The position numbers were made by a program, and so were the translations under genes. Of a DNA stretch of 64,000 nucleotides, positions 24,431 to 36,329 are shown piece after piece (within the stretch, counting starts at the first letter, position 1; each line of letters starts with the position of its first letter). The DNA is from Harriotta raleighana. Its lineage: Eukaryota. The stretch spans positions 10,074,618 through 10,138,617 of the forward strand of contig JBNZDD010013726.1 in assembly GCA_050575255.1 (NCBI GenBank), given 5' to 3'. Below the pieces are notes generated by a model that worked only from the letters and a program-made list of their open reading frames with translations, did no database searches and was not told the origin of the DNA.

Positions 24431-25149
24431 TGTTGTAGTTAAGATTTTAATCAGGCCAGTATGTTCGTGAAAGATATATGATGTTTTTTTAATATAAAAC
24501 ATTAGCTATTACAACTATCCACTGTTTGTATGGGTCACTGTGATAATCTTTCTATAACGGCTGATAGCAAGTCATGTCTGAATCATTTTTTCCATTAATT
24601 ATTTGCTGTGTTGATTATGTGGGTACATTTGTCCAACAGACGTAACCAACCTAAAACAAATAGGCACATAGGATCAGTCTGGACATATTGCTGTTCAGTT
24701 GAAATCACTGTTTAGTTGAAAGTGGATCGCATGAATCATGTATCACTTCATTTAAAAGCACTTTGTAGGCAAACACATTCTTTGTCAGCCTGCAAGTAGA
24801 ATCAACCATTTAGTGTATATAAGGCTTCTGAGCAAAGTGTGTGCTTTGGAAGAATTTTGTGGGACAGTTTCAGTGTGTTTTTTTCCAAAAAAAAAGGTTT
24901 GACTCAATCGAGGTAGAGAGTGTTTGAACTAATGGTTTACAATCCCACAGGCGGTACTAGTCAATTGATAAGATATATAACAATATTAATTTAATGTATA
25001 TTGAACAGAGATCCTCACTACTGGCCAAATGTAAGATTTAAAGGGGCAGAAATCACCAACATCATTATCTGGAAGCCAATAACCAGCTTTTATAATGATT
25101 TTCCAAAACTCCCCAAATTACAGCTTGCTTCTAGACACTAAAGGCTTTG

Positions 25150-25880
25150 TAGACTGGATTATTAGTCACTCTTGTCAGTGCTGTTTATCAAAATGTGAAC
25201 GAACAGCAAGGTGATTTGGCAGGGAATCCTTGTTTCACAGTGAGAAGCATTTGTTATAGATTCTGGTACACCAGGTAGGAGCAGTGAAGCCTGAGCTGCT
25301 CTCAACGTCGCATATGGAGTTAGCATTAATAACTCTATTAAAAATTAAGTAACAGATTTGTTTAGAATTTACCAGTGTGCGAGAAGTCATCAGTGAACCT
25401 TTTATCGCTCACTCTTTCGGATGCTTCTGTTCACAGAGGTCCTGCAAAGCACTCTTCGTGAAACAAAACATAGCAACAAAAAAATAGATTCATACAACAA
25501 ACTGATGTGAATGATATGCTGATGTCAAGAGCTGTTAAACTCTCCGAAGTACTTGTCACTGATTAACTTTTTAGTTCTTGATATACTTTGTAATCTTTTT
25601 AGTGTGGGTACATACGTTTTCTATCATTTAACATCTGCCAAAATATTACAGTATATCTACACTTCCTTTCTCAGAGTTTCTTTTGTGTAGGGTAGAAGAA
25701 CTAACATAAAATCTGCCTTTGAGGTCTGTAACACTGCGATCTAAAATCCCTGCCTGACAACCTGACTCATAAAGGATTCATATACAGGTACTGTATTTGG
25801 TTCCTGCAGCCAGTTCCCAGATACATGTCTTGAAGGAACTCTCCGCCAGTGTTCCTAGCAGGAGATGTAATTGTCAACTG
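25150..25880 (+). mobile_element. Ancient DIRS1-like relic (RT end to RNase H)
   Basis: TVRSICYR; A*AALNV (cf. PWARLH); LTLSDASV (cf. ITTDAS); DVNDMLMSRAVKL (cf. HINVLELRAVRL); LPDNLT (cf. LADRLS). Confidence 0.45.
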
Positions 25881-26069
25881 ATGAAAAGGATGTATTTATT
25901 ATCGAATTGAAACCAATTCTCTTCTTTGGTTGTTAATTACATGATTAAAGGCACCTGTATTTTCACTCAGCATAATACGTGTGTTTACACAGGGTGTACA
26001 CATGGTGCATAATAGTCTGAGCTATGTATATATACTGTTGTCTATTCTGGAGTACCGCCGTCTCAAATG

Positions 26070-26455
26070 TACACAGCCCTTGACCTGGCAGCATGCCTAC
26101 TCATGGTTGTCAATGCTCCAAGTTTAAGAGAAAAGGCAGAGTCAACATTGTTTCGCAAGTGCTACTTGGCCATTGAGAGTAAGACAAGAACTCAACACAC
26201 CTCACTCACACTGGCCAACAGAGGCATCAGCAAAATTCCCCAGTTAGCAACAATGAGTGTGAAATTGCTGTCAATTTTATGCTGAGGACTTCCGCACACT
26301 AGAAAATGATTTGGAACTGTCCAAACGCTCTTAAGATCAGGCCTTTATTGCTGGCAGAGAAGGGAGACTTACATCTAGACTAGACAAGATTCTGGACAAG
26401 ATTCAAACCCAGAGGTGAAAAGTCAGTATTCCAGTCTCCTGTACTGCCAAGTCCC
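26070..26455 (-). mobile_element. LF-SINE-like ancient SINE relic
   Basis: Reverse strand gggacttggcagtacaggagactgg..cttttcacctctgggtttgaatc and gtttggacagttccaaatcattttctagtg..gtcctcagcataaaa resemble the recalled LF-SINE head and body. Confidence 0.5.
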
Positions 26456-26639
26456 TTGAGGCATTTCTTGTAAGTGTTGGTGTGTTTACTGACTCATTTT
26501 CTTTAAAAATATTTTGCATTATATTTCAGAAATGTACAATGAATAGATTAATGGCACGTTTATTAAACAGTAACCATAAAATAGGTTAAGGCTTGTGCAC
26601 AGGTGCTATTTATTTTACAGTATAATGCTGCTGTTTCTT

Positions 26640-27380
26640 TGAGCCAACAAATGCTCTTGCAGTCCTGGAGGAGTAAATGAAGCATTACAGCCCGAGGCTG
26701 TCAACATCCAGCACAAAAAGTTAATCTTTGGGGCCCTCGACCTGGAACTTATTGGTGATATGCTTACGGTGAAAAGTTGGCAATGGAGCCCATCATCAGT
26801 ACCGTTCGGGTTGCTTTCTAATCGCTTTTGTACGTTTCTGAATTTTTGTACCACCAAAAACCAAGCTTGGCGAGTTCCGATTTTATTTTCTCAAGACGTA
26901 TTGTGGACGGATTTGAACGTGGCTTTATGGTTGTTTGCAGAGCAATGGGATCTTGTGGCTTGGAAGTGAAGGAGCTAAGGGGTTTGGAATGTTTTCTGAT
27001 ACACTCAAGAACGTGAACATTTCTCACAGGGAGCCAGTTCGATAACGTTCTTTGCCCATGCCTGTTTTTATTTCCCAGTTGTCGTGACTGAGATCGGACC
27101 CAGGAAAAAGTTTACAAGGCGGGTGTAATTTGCGGTATTTTTGGGGGGGATGGGATTCCTTAATAAGTTTGCGAGACACGCAAACCGGAAACCAGCGGGG
27201 CAAAATGCTGAGAGGTGAGAGTTTCACTCCGAGGCAGTCTAGTTCTGGGAGCAGAGCTGATGTGTGGGCGGCAGGAGTTGTAGCAGGAGAAGTTTAGATA
27301 GATGAAGAAAGCCTTGAGGCCCATCTGAACCCATCCTTCCTGGATGCTCAACTTACCACTTTTCATTTGGAGCATGAAAA
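26640..27380 (-). mobile_element. Ancient DIRS1-like relic (gag end to RT N-terminus)
   Basis: KLHPPCKLFPGSDL (gag-like); LSNWLPVRNVHVLECIRKHSKPLSSFTSKP (cf. LSNW..IT.D.WVLE.IRKGYK..F.S.P); SELAKLGFW...KSD*KATRTVL; RKHITNKFQVE (cf. NK.I...KFKME). Confidence 0.65.
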
Positions 27381-27559
27381 TGTTTCTTAAATGAGGTCAT
27401 TATCCAGGCTTTCCTTATTGAGGAATACCACAAATATCTACCTGTAAGCCAAACCGCTGTGGTTTATTTTGTGTAAAATCACAATTTTCCAATTCCTCTT
27501 GGAGTGAGTGCTGGTTTCCGCAGTCCGATAGCAACCCCAGAATACCTACCTCACAATTG

Positions 27560-29330
27560 TTTTATGTTGCCTGTTGATATGATTTCTAGCAGTATAATAA
27601 AGAGCAATGTGTCATAATGTTCATGTATATCTTGATGCATAATCTATCCTTAGTCAAATTAGCATTAATCAGGGCTTCCCATTGTGACCGAGTGAAAACA
27701 GGGCAGCTGTGACAGCAGCCTATGTTGGGATTACTCAGAATAGTGGGATGAATGGCGAAATTGTCACTATGTACACACAAGTAGCCGTAAAACATTTAGC
27801 TGTCAGATTGGGAGTTCAGGAAGTTCTATCTCCCATTAAAATAAATACACTACCGTAATTTGATAAATGAGTGTAGCTAAAATCAAAATATAATGTATAG
27901 CACAAGAGATACTTTTTGTGCACAGACACAGTTTAATCTAATTAATCACAAAACCGGTATATGACACAAGTATAAGAGCATAATGAAGTAGAAAGAGTTA
28001 GTGTGGAAAAGTACGAGGGAGTGTAGATTTTTATAATGTAAGAGAGTCAAAAGTATACACAATTATAAATTTGTTTTTGTAGAATTTTAGATTTTTCAAA
28101 GCTAGAATGTCACCCTTAGTTACACTTAAAAAAAATCTATAATTGTGAGTAATAAATTATGCATTAAGTAGTCAATTATATAGTCATAAGGACAAAAACA
28201 GGCAAATATTGAATAAAAGATGGAGGTGCCATAATTTACAGAGGAAAAGCTAATGAGTTTGGCACTTTGCTGCTGGAAAGAATTTAAAGATGGTTGATTT
28301 GAATCTTCCCTCAGTCTTCCATCAATAAAACAGAGACATGGTGAAGTTGAAAGCTGATCTGGGAGAGTCATGTTTTTATAATTGCTTTCTACCCTCAGGC
28401 ACTAAAAATCTAGAGAGTCCCCACTGCTGGTGTTAATGCTGGAGCTGGCCAAAAGACCGAGTCAAAACCCCGATACACCAATTAATTTGTTTATGGTTCT
28501 GATTTCTGAATTATGAACAATGAAAAGGGATTGGCTTCATTTTAAATTATATTACCTGATTAAAGGTGATGGGAACAGCAATGTTATTTTTTAATGTCAA
28601 AGAAATTGCCTGGTAATTTCAGCAAGGGCTTGTTTGAATTCACTGTACTTGACCTTAAGTGTACCATTTACCTCTGTCGCAATTTTATTGAAAGCCCAGT
28701 ACATTTCTGGCTGTTTAAATTCTCTAGACACTAGACAGATTTTCCTGCTTTTCCAAGATTTGTTTTTGATGCAGATCCCCCTCTTTTTTGATGCATAATC
28801 AGATTCCACTTACAAAATCACAGCCTTTGTGCTTTTCCAGTGTGTAAAGTGGCATCATTCGGGTGCAGTGTCTGGATCCAGGCGAAATATTCAAAGATAA
28901 CTATTTACAGTATTGCGATGCTTTCCGTGGCAGTGTGTGTATTTAAAGGGACAGAAACGGATTGCAAAAATAAGCAAGGAATGGGGCCTCCACAAACAGA
29001 GAGAGAAGGCAAGGAACAAATACAATTAAAAGAGGTAACAAATAAAAATTAAAGAGGCTTTTGTGACCATGTGAGCAACTCTTGGGAGAGGGGATAACGT
29101 GTAATGCTCTAGTTCAGGAGGGGGTGCTGACTTTGTGACATACATCGGTCTCTGTAATTTTTTTTAATGATTTGGTGGTGATGTGTTTCGAGCAGCTCCA
29201 GATCTAGAGTGCATCTTTGAAAGCATTTAGAAACACAAGCGTTCATTACTGAATCTGTGTCACGTTGGCAGTTCTCAAATTTTTCCCCTGTAGTTCTGCA
29301 TGATATGTTTTCAAGATGGCACAGCATTTT
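27560..29330 (-). mobile_element. Ancient DIRS1-like relic (RT, RNase H, MT-like); mostly duplicated 2123 bp downstream
   Basis: GEKF...DSVMNACVSKCFQRCTLDL; IQTLHPND; WAFNKIATEVNGTLK (cf. RVFTKV.AEV.A.LR); LGLLASS (cf. LGLMAS); DSNQPSLNSFQ; DNFAIHPTIL. Confidence 0.5.
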
Positions 29331-32203
29331 AGACGACATTGCAATTACGTATATTGAAAGGGCTGTATGAATTCAGCATGAGTGAAAAGGATATGGGCTT
29401 GTTGCCAAGGCACGGACAAAAATGGTAAGAAGAGGTCCAGTAAAAGGATCTAAATGGCATGGAGAACTCAAGAAATGAATATTCTTTTCTTATTCCTACC
29501 GTACGTTCTTATGTTACAATTTTTATTACTTTCATCCATCTGTGCTGATTTCCCACTGCCCTTGTTATTCTTGAGCAGTAAACAGAAGAAGCAGCCTTCT
29601 CACAGACCTTTGCACAGCTTTGATTGTGTGCTTTGCTCCCCGTGGCAGCCTGCGGAGGACACACACACATACTGGCCTAAAATGCGTGATTTCCAAAAAC
29701 AATTAGTAAATAGCAAATCCTGGATGCTTCTCAAGACAACCCACTGGCAATCTGTTTTGACGTGATTTTGTTTTCGACCCCTGTGATGTAGTCAACCAAA
29801 CGGTGTTACAGAAGTTCAACCCTGCCCACACACTGAAATCTCGAGTTCCTGACTTTTAACCGATTTTTAAAATTTATACCCACACCGTTTTCTCGCAACT
29901 ATCAAATAGCAACCAGCCATCGGGGGCTTGGGATTGCAGAGTAAAGCAGGTTTCTTGCTGCATCTCATTACAGTGGCTGATTTCCATATAGTTGTGCAGC
30001 CTCTGCCACTAGTTGACATATTCTTAACGCAGACACAGATGCGTCGGTGGAGTTGCTCCGTCAGGATTGGCATTGGGTATNATATGACACAAGTATAAGA
30101 GCATAATGAAGTAGAAAGAGTTAGTGTGGAAAAGTACGAGGGAGTGTAGATTTTTATAATGTAAGAGAGTCAAAAGTATACACAATTATAAATTTGTTTT
30201 TGTAGAATTTTAGATTTTTCAAAGCTAGAATGTCACCCTTAGTTACACTTAAAAAAAATCTATAATTGTGAGTAATAAATTATGCATTAAGTAGTCAATT
30301 ATATAGTCATAAGGACAAAAACAGGCAAATATTGAATAAAAGATGGAGGTGCCATAATTTACAGAGGAAAAGCTAATGAGTTTGGCACTTTGCTGCTGGA
30401 AAGAATTTAAAGATGGTTGATTTGAATCTTCCCTCAGTCTTCCATCAATAAAACAGAGACATGGTGAAGTTGAAAGCTGATCTGGGAGAGTCATGTTTTT
30501 ATAATTGCTTTCTACCCTCAGGCACTAAAAATCTAGAGAGTCCCCACTGCTGGTGTTAATGCTGGAGCTGGCCAAAAGACCGAGTCAAAACCCCGATACA
30601 CCAATTAATTTGTTTATGGTTCTGATTTCTGAATTATGAACAATGAAAAGGGATTGGCTTCATTTTAAATTATATTACCTGATTAAAGGTGATGGGAACA
30701 GCAATGTTATTTTTTAATGTCAAAGAAATTGCCTGGTAATTTCAGCAAGGGCTTGTTTGAATTCACTGTACTTGACCTTAAGTGTACCATTTACCTCTGT
30801 CGCAATTTTATTGAAAGCCCAGTACATTTCTGGCTGTTTAAATTCTCTAGACACTAGACAGATTTTCCTGCTTTTCCAAGATTTGTTTTTGATGCAGATC
30901 CCCCTCTTTTTTGATGCATAATCAGATTCCACTTACAAAATCACAGCCTTTGTGCTTTTCCAGTGTGTAAAGTGGCATCATTCGGGTGCAGTGTCTGGAT
31001 CCAGGCGAAATATTCAAAGATAACTATTTACAGTATTGCGATGCTTTCCGTGGCAGTGTGTGTATTTAAAGGGACAGAAACGGATTGCAAAAATAAGCAA
31101 GGAATGGGGCCTCCACAAACAGAGAGAGAAGGCAAGGAACAAATACAATTAAAAGAGGTAACAAATAAAAATTAAAGAGGCTTTTGTGACCATGTGAGCA
31201 ACTCTTGGGAGAGGGGATAACGTGTAATGCTCTAGTTCAGGAGGGGGTGCTGACTTTGTGACATACATCGGTCTCTGTAATTTTTTTTAATGATTTGGTG
31301 GTGATGTGTTTCGAGCAGCTCCAGATCTAGAGTGCATCTTTGAAAGCATTTAGAAACACAAGCGTTCATTACTGAATCTGTGTCACGTTGGCAGTTCTCA
31401 AATTTTTCCCCTGTAGTTCTGCATGATATGTTTTCAAGATGGCACAGCATTTTAGACGACATTGCAATTACGTATATTGAAAGGGCTGTATGAATTCAGC
31501 ATGAGTGAAAAGGATATGGGCTTGTTGCCAAGGCACGGACAAAAATGGTAAGAAGAGGTCCAGTAAAAGGATCTAAATGGCATGGAGAACTCAAGAAATG
31601 AATATTCTTTTCTTATTCCTACCGTACGTTCTTATGTTACAATTTTTATTACTTTCATCCATCTGTGCTGATTTCCCACTGCCCTTGTTATTCTTGAGCA
31701 GTAAACAGAAGAAGCAGCCTTCTCACAGACCTTTGCACAGCTTTGATTGTGTGCTTTGCTCCCCGTGGCAGCCTGCGGAGGACACACACACATACTGGCC
31801 TAAAATGCGTGATTTCCAAAAACAATTAGTAAATAGCAAATCCTGGATGCTTCTCAAGACAACCCACTGGCAATCTGTTTTGACGTGATTTTGTTTTCGA
31901 CCCCTGTGATGTAGTCAACCAAACGGTGTTACAGAAGTTCAACCCTGCCCACACACTGAAATCTCGAGTTCCTGACTTTTAACCGATTTTTAAAATTTAT
32001 ACCCACACCGTTTTCTCGCAACTATCAAATAGCAACCAGCCATCGGGGGCTTGGGATTGCAGAGTAAAGCAGGTTTCTTGCTGCATCTCATTACAGTGGC
32101 TGATTTCCATATAGTTGTGCAGCCTCTGCCACTAGTTGACATATTCTTAACGCAGACACAGATGCGTCGGTGGAGTTGCTCCGTCAGGATTGGCATTGGG
32201 TAT
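27959..32203. other. 2.1-kb duplication around N at 30081 (likely assembly overlap)
   Basis: 27959-30080 is repeated at 30082-32203; identical ORF pairs are offset by 2123 bp. Confidence 0.9.
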
Positions 32204-32930
32204 CCAACAACAACAACAACAAAATTACACTTGTAGAGCGCGTTTCACGTCAGAAGGACGTCCCAAACCAACAATACTGCTGCCTGTTGCTCCTGCATTC
32301 TGGGAACTTTCCCGAACAAGTCGATGTCATCATGTTGCTGAATTCGTGGGCTTTTTTCTTTCATGCTTCATAACTCCTGTCGCTACAACAGCTGAAATGA
32401 GCCCCTTCATTGGCTCTGTGTGTTTTTGCGGAATGACATCTACTAATGTTTTGATTTAACAAAGCATGAAGGACACCCTACACCATAAAGTCAAATACAC
32501 CAGCGGAGAGTTTCAAACAGAAAGTTCAATCTGAATTTCTGTTTGAATGGCCCAATGCAGATCCATTAAGATCATTTATTTTCCTCTCACTTAACCTCTC
32601 ACGTGGTGACTGCTGCAACATGTATTAGAAAATACATTCTCTGTTACTTGTTTGATCAAACCCAATGCACCCAGAATGAATCCTTGATTTTTAGAATGAT
32701 ATCCGGGCTTCTCCCAAAACATTCAAACCTGAAAATAATTAACGATTGGGTAAAGATTGTCATCTTCCTTCACCTATTGTATTTCTTAACACGAGGACAG
32801 AGTTAGGAAAGGCTACACGTTTTAACTCAATATTCCTCAAATGCATTTTCATGAAGTTAAATATTCCAGGACTTTGTAGGACGTAGAATGTGTAATTATG
32901 ATTATCTAAGATTCAGATCAAGCTACTGTA
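31990..32930 (+). mobile_element. Ancient DIRS1-like tyrosine recombinase relic (L2 tail inserted at 32205-32270)
   Basis: LHLITVADFH..PLVDIFL (cf. VHLAAISAFH..HPLV.RFL); PAFWELS; FFLSCFITPVATTAEM (cf. FLLAITSARRVSEL); CYLFDQTQCTQNESLI..IINDWVKIVI (cf. YLDRT..RKS.QLF..TISRWIK.VI); NIPGLCRT. Confidence 0.6.
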
Positions 32931-33199
32931 TCTTACTTTCTCATTACCCTCTAAGGTGAGTGTTGTCCCAATAGACTATTGTTTGTGGTGTGGTCTTATG
33001 GTGTCCGTAGGTCCACAGTTAAAACAGCTTCAGGCCTGAGGAAAATATTATCAATAATTTAGTTTCATTAATAATATGCAATGCTACATTGCTTTTTTTT
33101 TTTTTAAAAATGTTCCACAATACTTATGTAATTATTTTTCTAATGAGTAGTTTTGTGAATTTTCAGCTCTTCAAGGTGAAAGATGTTAACTTTCAGCAA

Positions 33200-34400
33200 T
33201 GGACCAGACTTGAATTATTTTCCAGAACTCTATTATTATCAGATATACTAAGGGTTAGATGTAGAGTACAGCTCATAGAAATAGGTCCCCATGCTCTGAA
33301 CGACACCTACTACAGTACCGATCCGACATTTCCATTGCCTTTGCCAACCATCCGTATGGTCTCTCTGAGCAAGAATGCCAATTTGGTGTCAATTATTGAT
33401 GAATTATGGATAGATTTGTGCTGTTTGATTCACTCCCGCTAGGAATTGAGTTTTGTTCTGCCAACTACATTTCACCTGGGTCTCTCGCAACTATATTAAA
33501 AAAGAAAAAAAAGAAACTTTAATTGCCTCAGACTGGGCTTATTTCAGAAATGAAAGGCCAGTCAAACATGTATTTATCACCTACCCACCCACCCACCCAC
33601 CTACCTGACCCTCATCACATGTCGATACAATTTAAAGATCAGGAAAAACACTTAAGTTGGCTTGATAGTAAACAAGTCTCCAATTCTAATGATTGTGCAC
33701 GAATGATATAGATTATATTTATTTTTAAAAGTTATCAAAATCCACTATTCCATGGAGAAGATATGCAAATGATATTTATTAGATGATAACGATTTACATT
33801 TCAATTCAGGAGAACATCTCAAAGCTTTTCAAATTCACTATAAGGTGTAGTGACTGAATTTCATAGGGGAACACCCAGACAGGCCCTCTTATATTGACTA
33901 TCTTCCAATGCTTGAACAATTCACAGTGTTTCTCAACTATTTCAAGATTTTTTTTGTGTGATGTTAAATGCATTATATAAATATGAGATTTTGATGTTGC
34001 AGTCTTTCACTGCACTTGCCATAGCACGCCCACAACATCGAAAATCAGAGTTCAGAGGAAGGGAAACTGAAATTTCCATGAAAAAAGATTTACTACTGAA
34101 ATATTGATGTAGAAAAATGTTATCTAGGTTCACTATTTAATGTGTACGTGTCAAAAATCATTGGCCACTCCATAAGATCAGTTGATGATTTTTGACATTT
34201 TCGATACTGATCATAGTTTCGCCACAAACCTCGTACTGCTTCAGTTGCTGGTGATCACAGTCAGTTTCATCGGGTGTATGTTTGAGTGACACAGTTGCAA
34301 TCGATGCTGATTCACCTGCACAACACAACGCCTATGCACAAACCATGTGTTTTTTTTTCTCCAGTTATTAACTATGCTTCTCAGTGCAGATGAAACAATT
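33200..34400 (-). mobile_element. Ancient DIRS1-like RT relic
   Basis: HQQLKQYEV; LDNIFLHQYFSSKSFFME..GRAMASAVKD (cf. LDLR.LN.F....FKME..GDWMASIDLKD); SQYKRACLG; IIDTKLAFL; L*AVLYI*PL (cf. PWARLHMRPL). Confidence 0.6.
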
Positions 34401-34602
34401 TGAAACAGCTTCCTGAGTAGTTTTGCCCACTTTAATACGAGTACCTTTTTTGGGGTATTTACTTTTTGAACTACTGATTAATGGTGATCGATTGTACGTT
34501 AGCTTAGGAGGTAAACGGAGAACACGATGTGTTCAAACACATGTTGAAAACAACTTGCCCTTATATAGTGCTTCCTTGCAGGGTGATTCAATAATCAATA
34601 AG

Positions 34603-34770
34603 AATAATAATACTCCTTGCATTTGATATAGCACTTTTCTAGATATCTCAAAGTGCTTCACGGAATATGCTGAAAAGTGAATTGACTGTATTTGGTGGGC
34701 GAAACGCAGCAGCCTATTGTGCACAGCAGCGTTCCCCCACAAACAGTCGTGGATTGAAATGAACAAATTC
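34603..34770 (-). mobile_element. tRNA-SINE 3' half
   Basis: Matches 7026-7200. Confidence 0.85.
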
Positions 34771-34779
34771 TTCTTGTTT

Positions 34780-35012
34780 TAGGAGAGTGAGTAGGCAGGT
34801 CTTGTTGGATTGACATGAGGTAACAGAAATAAGGTGAGATGAGGGTAAGGAGGGAATTAAAGGTGAGCACGAGGGTCTTTCTGATGCTTTCGAAAGCGTG
34901 TATTGGGGAGGGAAGGTACAGCAGTAGTGAAGAAAAGGTTGTTGATGTCGGCTAGGAGGGGAAGTTTAGAGACCAGTTGTGGAGTGTGGATTGGGTCAAG
35001 GGAGCAGATTGT
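34780..35012 (-). mobile_element. L2 ORF2 fragment upstream of RT
   Basis: TICSLDPIHTPQLVSKLPLLADINNL (cf. TTCSLDPIPT.LL....P.LADIIN). Confidence 0.7.
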
Positions 35013-35310
35013 GTGTTCCATTCAGGCCTAAAATAGTAGGTTGCTGAATTTATAAGAATAAGAATAATACACATTTCTGTGAGTCATGGGTTTGGTTATT
35101 CCAGGTTCACTATTCTCTTGAAACAGAATTCCCACTTAAAACATAGTGTAATAGCTCAGTCCCAAAAAAAAACTGCCTTAGAAAAATACAGCCAATAGTG
35201 TCAGATCAGTTTCAATGCATGTCATTGAACTCATGACTCTCTGGGTTGAATCAGTCAATGGCTTGCTGACAAAATTTGTGAAACCCACTTGTAGGTTGAT
35301 GAATTATAAC

Positions 35311-35610
35311 AATAATAATAATAGAATTTGATATAGCGCTTTTCACATCTTCTAGATGTCTCAAAGTACTTCACAGAATATACTGTGAATTGATTGTGTA
35401 CTTGAGGGCGAAACGAGGCAGCCAATTGCGCACAGCAGTGTTCCACAAACAGTCGTGGATTGAAATGACCAATTTATTTTATTTTTTTTAGGGATTTTTA
35501 TTAGGCGTTGTGGAGTAAGGAAACTTGCCCAAGGTTTCGCCCTGCCTGGAATTGAACCCAGGTCTCTTGCTTGTAAGGCGAGTGCTCTAATCACTGAACT
35601 ACAGGAGTCT
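35311..35610 (-). mobile_element. Full-length tRNA-derived SINE
   Basis: Reverse strand agactcctgtagttcagtgattagagcactcgccttacaagcaagagacctgggttcaattcc...; same family as 7026-7332. Confidence 0.9.
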
Positions 35611-35699
35611 ATAAAATTGGCTGATCTTGAGACTTTTGTTAATCATCTTACTGCAGGATCTTTGAGCCATAGCTGTTGCAGCCATAGAGCTGTAGTTAG

Positions 35700-35875
35700 G
35701 ATCATTTGGATCATTCAGATTTTGATCCTTTTGGCATTTCGTCATAGAAAATCAGAAGTCATCCAAGACTTGATTCTCTGATAGGTAAGCGGTCAGAACA
35801 GCATTGGTCCTGGAATCCAGGATAAAGGCAGTCAGACAGACAGAGAGTTGGATGTCATGTGGATGCATCAAAGTT
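35700..35875 (-). mobile_element. L2 RT fragment
   Basis: HPHDIQLSVCLTAFILDSRTNAVLTAYLSE (cf. YADDTQLYLS...DPSTV.VLSDCLSD). Confidence 0.6.
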
Positions 35876-35929
35876 TGCGCTATTCTGTATCCACCCATAC
35901 AAACACACATATAAACATACACGTAAACA

Positions 35930-36042
35930 ACCATTTTGCCCACAAAATATACAGTCAATTCACTTTACAGTATATTCCGCGAAGCGCTTTGAGACATCTA
36001 GAAGGGGTGAAACGAGCCAAATCAAACGCAAGGATTATTATA
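35930..36042 (+). mobile_element. tRNA-SINE 3' tail
   Basis: gcccacaaaatatacagtcaattcactttacagtatattccgcgaagcgctttgagacatctagaag. Confidence 0.85.
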
Positions 36043-36329
36043 AACCTTCTATCAGTTGCTAATGGATTGTGATGTGCGAGCAAGAACCCTATTTGGTATT
36101 CCCCCTCCTCCCAGCTGAAGGGCTCTGAAGCCAATTATAGGGCCCCAAACCCTTGTCTTAATTGAGTTAATAATAATAATCCTTAGATTTGATACCTCAA
36201 TTTGATATTCACAGGAAATATTGCAAAGTGAATCAGCTGTGTATTTTGAGTGCCAAATGCGACTGCCAATTGTGCACAACAATATCCCACAAACAGTCGT
36301 GGAGTGAGTGAACTATTTTTGCAAAAAAA

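Noticed and set aside
18100-27380. One DIRS element split by an ~8-kb inversion
   Set aside because: Both pieces contain the same RT N-terminal motifs, so they are separate copies.
26640-27380. Endogenous viral element or novel gene
   Set aside because: The translation is better explained by DIRS gag and RT N-terminal motifs.
27959-32203. Real tandem segmental duplication
   Set aside because: The copies meet at a single N, the same pattern as eleven other sites; an assembly overlap is more likely.
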